This document shows, piece by piece, positions 58,789 through 64,000 of a DNA stretch of 64,000 nucleotides; positions within the stretch are counted from its first letter, which is position 1, and each line of letters starts with the position of its first letter. The notes below the pieces were generated by a model. The model worked only from the letters and a program-made list of their open reading frames with translations, was not told the origin of the DNA and made no database searches. The position numbers and the translations under genes are program-made. The DNA comes from the human T2T-CHM13v2.0 reference genome, Homo sapiens. Location of the stretch: the NCBI RefSeq assembly GCF_009914755.1, contig NC_060935.1; one strand, given 5' to 3'.

Positions 58789-59179
<391 letters not shown>

Positions 59180-59344
59180 CTAGAAGGAAACGTAAAAAAT
59201 TAAAAATAATGTTTACTTGTCTACCATAGAGACGAGGATGGGAGAGAGACTTCATGGTATAACTTTGTATACTTCCTGGTTTTTGAAACGTGTGACTGTG
59301 TTACCTATTCAGAAAGTTAAATAAAATAGAACATAGATATGAGA

Positions 59345-59545
59345 TATAGTTCTGCTATTCAGTAGTTGAGTGAACTTGGGCAAGACACTTAAGCTCTCTG
59401 AGTCATAGTTTTCTCATTTATAGAAGGGCTGTAATAGTAGTATCAAGCTCACAGGATTGTTCTAAGGATTAATGAAGGACAGGTGGAACAGAAAGTGCTG
59501 AGCAGAGTGCCAGCACTTAGTAAATACTCAGTTGAATGGTCATGA
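59345..59545. mobile_element. MIR
   Basis: gaacttgggcaagacacttaagctctctgagtcatagttttctcattt, MIR core. Confidence 0.7.
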
Positions 59546-59626
59546 CTTGTGTTACTGAACTTAATCTTGGTAATAAATGAGTATGTTCTTGAAAGGACAC
59601 CAGCCTTGGCTAACATTCCTTTGCAG

Positions 59627-59746
59627 AACCAGACGTCCTGGGTCCTCTCCAGCATGGCAGCCCTCTACTGGAGGGTGAAAGGCCAAGGAAAGAAGGCAAT
59701 CGACTGCCTCCGCCAGGCTCTGCACTATGCGCCACACCAGATGAAG
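59627..59746 (+). CDS. TTC17: TTC17 coding exon, 120 nt, C-terminal TPR cluster
   Basis: ctaac branch point, ctttgcag|A acceptor, AAG|gtgagt donor. Encodes NQTSWVLSSMAALYWRVKGQGKKAIDCLRQALHYAPHQMK, a TPR helix pattern. Confidence 0.96.
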
Positions 59747-60241
59747 GTGAGTGGGACTCAGAAGGTGGGAACTTCTGCCCCTTTGTCCTTTCCATTCCCC
59801 ATGGTTTATTCTGCCCTTTGAACCAGCCTCCCTCATGCTCAGCCAGTGAGGACATATTCCAAGGAGAGAATGGGGCAGGAGACCTTCTGACTGGGCTTGT
59901 GCCCCAGCAAGCCTATGAACTATCCCTGCTGCCTTCCCAGCTTCAGCAGGTTGGAACGTGGGGAAGGCCTTCCAGATCACTGTAAGACAGTACTGCATTT
60001 AGTCCCCTTTCTGCTGTGTTCAGAGCCACCCAACATACAGCAAATGCACTGGCCTAAGTGGGCTGACACATAGAAGTCAATCTGAATTTAGCTTGTCATC
60101 AGGGGCCTGGTGACCTCTTAGACTTGTTTTGCTTATCCTCTTGGCTTGAGCTTGCTTCCAAGCACAGAGATAGAAGCAAATTTCCATTTATTCATGTACA
60201 TTGGCCAGTTCCTGGTCCTTGTCTGACTTCTACTTTTTCCA

Positions 60242-60242
<1 letters not shown>

Positions 60243-60272
<30 letters not shown>
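60243..60272. repeat. A30 mononucleotide tract
   Basis: 30 consecutive A with no adjacent Alu body. Confidence 0.95.
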
Positions 60273-60274
<2 letters not shown>

Positions 60275-60786
60275 GGCTAACCCTGTGTGACACCAGACTT
60301 TTCCAGAAGACCGGTTATTGTTATGATGGATGAGAAAATACAGTGTTTTATCAGCACATTTGTATTCATGTGTTCTGAGTTCTGCATTAATCCAGATCTT
60401 ATGCTTTTTAAAGACATGGCTGGTGTCTTCTTTGTTCGTCAAGGCAATGTATGGAATGATGGAAGGAACACAGGATTTATTGTCAGGCATTGCTGAGTTT
60501 TAAACACAGCTCTACCTCTTACTAGCTTTGTGAATTTGGGCACCTTATTGAACTTCAATGAGCTCATCTAGAGTCATGCATTCTATGGCTGTCACAAAGA
60601 TGGGTCCTTTCTGTTTCTTCTGTGTCTGCTACAGAACCCAATATGGCATGATACAGGTAACAGTTGCTCAAGTTAGACATTTAAAGGGAATGATATTTGT
60701 GATGATAGCAATCTTGCTACTTGTTCCATCCATCATTTTGTACTCTATACTGTTAGGCAATAGGGAAGGGCTGAGGCTCTACCTCT

Positions 60787-61001
60787 GGGAGTCAGCAAAC
60801 TTCCCGAAAAGGGCAAGAGAATAAAACACTTGGACTCTGGAGGCCAGACAGCCTCTGGTGCACCTACTTAATTCTAGCATTGTAGTATGAAAACAGCCAC
60901 AGAAATACGTAGAGGACTGGGAATGATTGTGTCCTAATAAAACTTTTTTCAAAATAGGCAGGAGACTAGGTTTGGCCTATGGGCCAAAGTTTGCCAACCC
61001 G
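60787..61001. mobile_element. MER58A
   Basis: gagtcagcaaact...aagggc...taataaaacttt...tttgccaaccc, terminal inverted repeats. Confidence 0.75.
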
Positions 61002-61409
61002 TAATGATATAATGGTTCTTGCAGAAATTATTTTGGCTTTCTGACAGCATGACTCTAAGTGTGGTCTGTGGACAGTACACAGACTTTTTATTAGCAGTCT
61101 GCAATGAGACAAGGAGCTTCACCAGAAGAAACCAACTACATTATTCAGCAGATTGTTTACTTCAGCTGACATTTTGTTGTGTTTGTTTTCGAAGCAAGAC
61201 TTCGCCAATGAAAGAAGTAATTGATTTATATTCTGGTACAAGCACCTTATCTATCACAGACCAGTAGCAAACAGCACAAAAGCACTTTGAGTGGCACTGT
61301 TCTAATCATTCACCAGGAAACACAGACTGTATTCTTTATGATCACCAAAAACAAGAATGAAAGCTCAAAACCCAATTTTCCCTTCTCACCATTCTCCTTC
61401 TTCTCCCAG

Positions 61410-61553
61410 GATGTGCCCCTGATTAGCCTGGCCAACATCTTGCACAATGCCAAGCTCTGGAATGACGCCGTCATAGTAGCCACCATGGCAGTAGAGATCG
61501 CACCACACTTTGCTGTGAACCACTTCACTCTGGGCAATGTCTACGTGGCAATG
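61410..61553 (+). CDS. TTC17: TTC17 coding exon, 144 nt, TPR
   Basis: Long pyrimidine tract with cccag|G acceptor, ATG|gtgaga donor. Encodes DVPLISLANILHNAKLWNDAVIVATMAVEIAPHFAVNHFTLGNVYVAM. Confidence 0.96.
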
Positions 61554-61799
61554 GTGAGATGGGGGTGTGAGCAGTATGTACCAACTCTGCCAAACAGTAG
61601 CACATCTTTGATTTCAAAACCTCTTTGAATATGTCATTGCCCACCAATTTCCTGTAAGCTTGTCTAAAATTGCTGGTTCCACCAATGTTATATTTTATGG
61701 ATAAGGGTTCGAGAGGTTTTTTAAAACATAATACATGAAATTCTTCTAAGTATTTGCAACTACGTAGTTCCTCAACATGAGTTGAACATTAACAGCAGA

Positions 61800-62115
61800 G
61801 TCAGATTTACCTACAGTTTCCTGGAGACACCACCTGTTCCAGAAAACCTCTCCTAACACTCCATGTAGACACACATACATGCTCTCTTGCTTCCAGGTTG
61901 GGCTAAGGTACCTGTCATCGCACTCATGACACCCTTTGCATATTTTTCTTGCTGGATTTTCACTTTGTTTTATAATTTTTTGTTTAAGTATTTGTCTTTC
62001 CCTCTAGCCTACGGGCTCATTGGGGACAAGACTCCTCTTCACCTCCCTGTTCCCAGTGCCTCACAGTGTTTTTGGCACATGGTAGGTGCTCACCAAGTAG
62101 TTAATGAATGAAGAA
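61800..62115 (+). mobile_element. L2 3' end
   Basis: cccagtgcctcacagtgtttttggcacatggtaggtgctca...ttaatgaatgaa. Confidence 0.65.
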
Positions 62116-63162
62116 ATTCCGCTAGTTTCATGGAATACCATTTACAGAGAAAATGGCAAAGTCATCCAGATCCCTCATTCTGATCAGAAACAAGAACTGC
62201 TTTCAGAACTGAAAATCCCAGGGGGACCCCCTAAAAGCTGTCATAACCCAATTTAGCATGAGAATCATGCCATTCGCTTTCATCTAAAATGTGGCATCAC
62301 ACATAGGGCTAGTCCCAAGATGATCTCAGTAATGGCTTATAGAGTGAGCAGCCCTGGGCTACCAGCTTCATGTATCGTTCTTGACTTCAGAGGCGAGAAG
62401 TATTTTGCCAGGGAGGTATTGCCGAATATGCAGATTTCCCTCTGCTTCTTGAAGAATCTGTTGTTGCTCCCAGTAAATGTGAAGTTTGCTACTATGAACG
62501 AGGACTTATGTCTCTCATTTGGCTAGAAGAAGTCATTAAACCAGTAGATTTGGGCTCTTCTTTTAGAGTGTAACTCTAAGTAAAAGATTAACCTTCAATA
62601 TGGCAGGGATCATTTCCCAATCTTTGTTGGCATCTTTAAATGTTAAAGAGAATTTTAAAACTCTTCAAAATGTACAAGTCCAGTTGAGATACCGGACTTA
62701 GTTTCCGTCTTTCCAGCTACATTAGAAAATTTAGGCAGATGCATAATGGGCATTTGTCAGGCACGGTTCTGGAGGTTTCTGTGAGGATTAAATGGAAGGA
62801 TTTCATAAAGCACCTAGCACAGCCTGGCACACTTCAGGCACTCAGGAATGTTAGGTCTCATTATTACCACAATTATTACTGTTGCTGGGTTTGTAAAAGC
62901 TGCTCTACCCCTTTTCCTTTTGTTCTTGGGCTCTGCCGTAGTTTCCTTTGTTCATCCCATACCTCATTCCCATACCTCGGGAATGAAGGCAGCTGTTTCC
63001 TCCCAGAGGAACCTCAGAGTTTTCCACAAAGACTTAGATCCGTTGAGCAAATGCTGCGGGATTGTCCCTAGTACAGAGGTGCTTCTTGAGAAAAAAGAGG
63101 TCACAGTATATATTTAGTCTGCTGGTGCCATCCCCTCACATTTGTCTCCTTGGCCCTCACAG

Positions 63163-63294
63163 GAAGAATTTGAAAAAGCACTGGTGTGGTATGAATCCAC
63201 ATTGAAGCTTCAGCCCGAGTTTGTCCCAGCCAAGAACCGAATCCAGACCATCCAGTGTCACTTAATGCTGAAGAAGGGACGGCGCTCTCCTTAG
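63163..63294 (+). CDS. TTC17: TTC17 last exon, coding part with stop
   Basis: ccctcacag|G acceptor. Encodes EEFEKALVWYESTLKLQPEFVPAKNRIQTIQCHLMLKKGRRSP*, TAG at 63292-63294. Confidence 0.96.
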   Translation, partial: EEFEKALVWYESTLKLQPEFVPAKNRIQTIQCHLMLKKGRRSP

Positions 63295-64000
63295 TGCACT
63301 TCTTCCTTCTCTCTTTCTCTTTACTCATGCTCTAAAAAAAAAGAATAAGAAAAGAAACCAATCATTGTCAGTATCTACTATTAATGATGTGTGTGAAAAT
63401 AACTAAGACTTATAACAGGACTTTTACATATGTGGGAATTGGTTTGTTTTTGTTTTTACGTTTCTCCTTTCCCCCAACCAACCTCAGAAGAGGCACCTTC
63501 AGAAACACACATTTCTTAAAAGGAAAGTGCAGCTTCAAGATATTGTGTAAATACTGAGCCAAGACATTTCTGGAGCTGTGCTCTGTCTCCAAAAACCTCA
63601 ATGCCTTTAGGGCTTTTCTCAGTGGTCCAGCTAGCCTTCTCTTTGGAGGAGGATGAAGCCGCATTGCACATTCTCTGCTTCCTGTCGTAGCCTCTGTTGT
63701 CAATGGAAATGCGGAAGCCCATCTGGTGCCCGTCAGTGAGAAGCAACGTTCTGCGCTCTCTCCGTTAGACCTCCATGCTGTCCCCAGTCTTGTCCATTCC
63801 ATGCTGCTGTGTTACAAACTCTCAGAGGTAGTTTGCAGGGGAGGAAGGGGAATATGATTTTAAAAACAAAATATTTACAACAACAAAAATTCTTAGGATC
63901 ACCTGACCTTTGTAATGTTATTTATGTTGGGGAGGGAGGGGGGCTGAGAAGGGGAAATCAGCAGTGTGCAACATCTTTATAATTTGTACTTTAATTACAA
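63295..64000 (+). other. TTC17: TTC17 3' UTR (probably continues past the window end)
   Basis: Follows the stop codon, repeat-free; no canonical AATAAA seen before 64000. Confidence 0.85.

Noticed and set aside
59561-59998. 145-aa minus-strand ORF
   Set aside because: Antisense to a TTC17 exon, with no independent support.
63161-63166. Tandem AG at the last-exon acceptor
   Set aside because: The second AG is 4 nt downstream (AAG, out of frame), so it is not a frame-preserving NAGNAG.

Overview
Human genomic DNA; a human-specific AluYb8 at 30462-30770 fixes the species. The window holds the 3' part of TTC17 (tetratricopeptide repeat domain 17) on the + strand. Nine GT-AG coding exons join in frame (5528-5698, 12688-12947, 13419-13572, 17365-17485, 19445-19604, 20545-20628, 59627-59746, 61410-61553, 63163-63294 with stop), followed by 3' UTR running to the window edge. 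A probable alternative terminal exon at 15294 is built from an ancient CR1/L3 reverse-transcriptase remnant, with an L2-derived poly(A) signal. The ~39 kb intron (20629-59626) is a nested stack of old, mostly sense-strand L1, Alus, MaLR elements (THE1C, MLT1) and DNA-transposon relics. It also holds a sense-oriented, TSD-flanked PPIA (cyclophilin A) retrocopy whose 160-codon ORF is still open and follows an in-frame CTAG|G acceptor, so a TRIMCyp-like TTC17-CypA fusion is possible but unproven. Other oddities are two short templated insertions matching sequence ~1.7 kb downstream, two fold-back hairpins, a chimeric Alu and several near-perfect tandem duplications. No new system is demonstrated; the findings are hypotheses. 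Gene and repeat-family names come from recalled sequences, not a database search, and repeat boundaries are approximate unless TSDs or TIRs are given.
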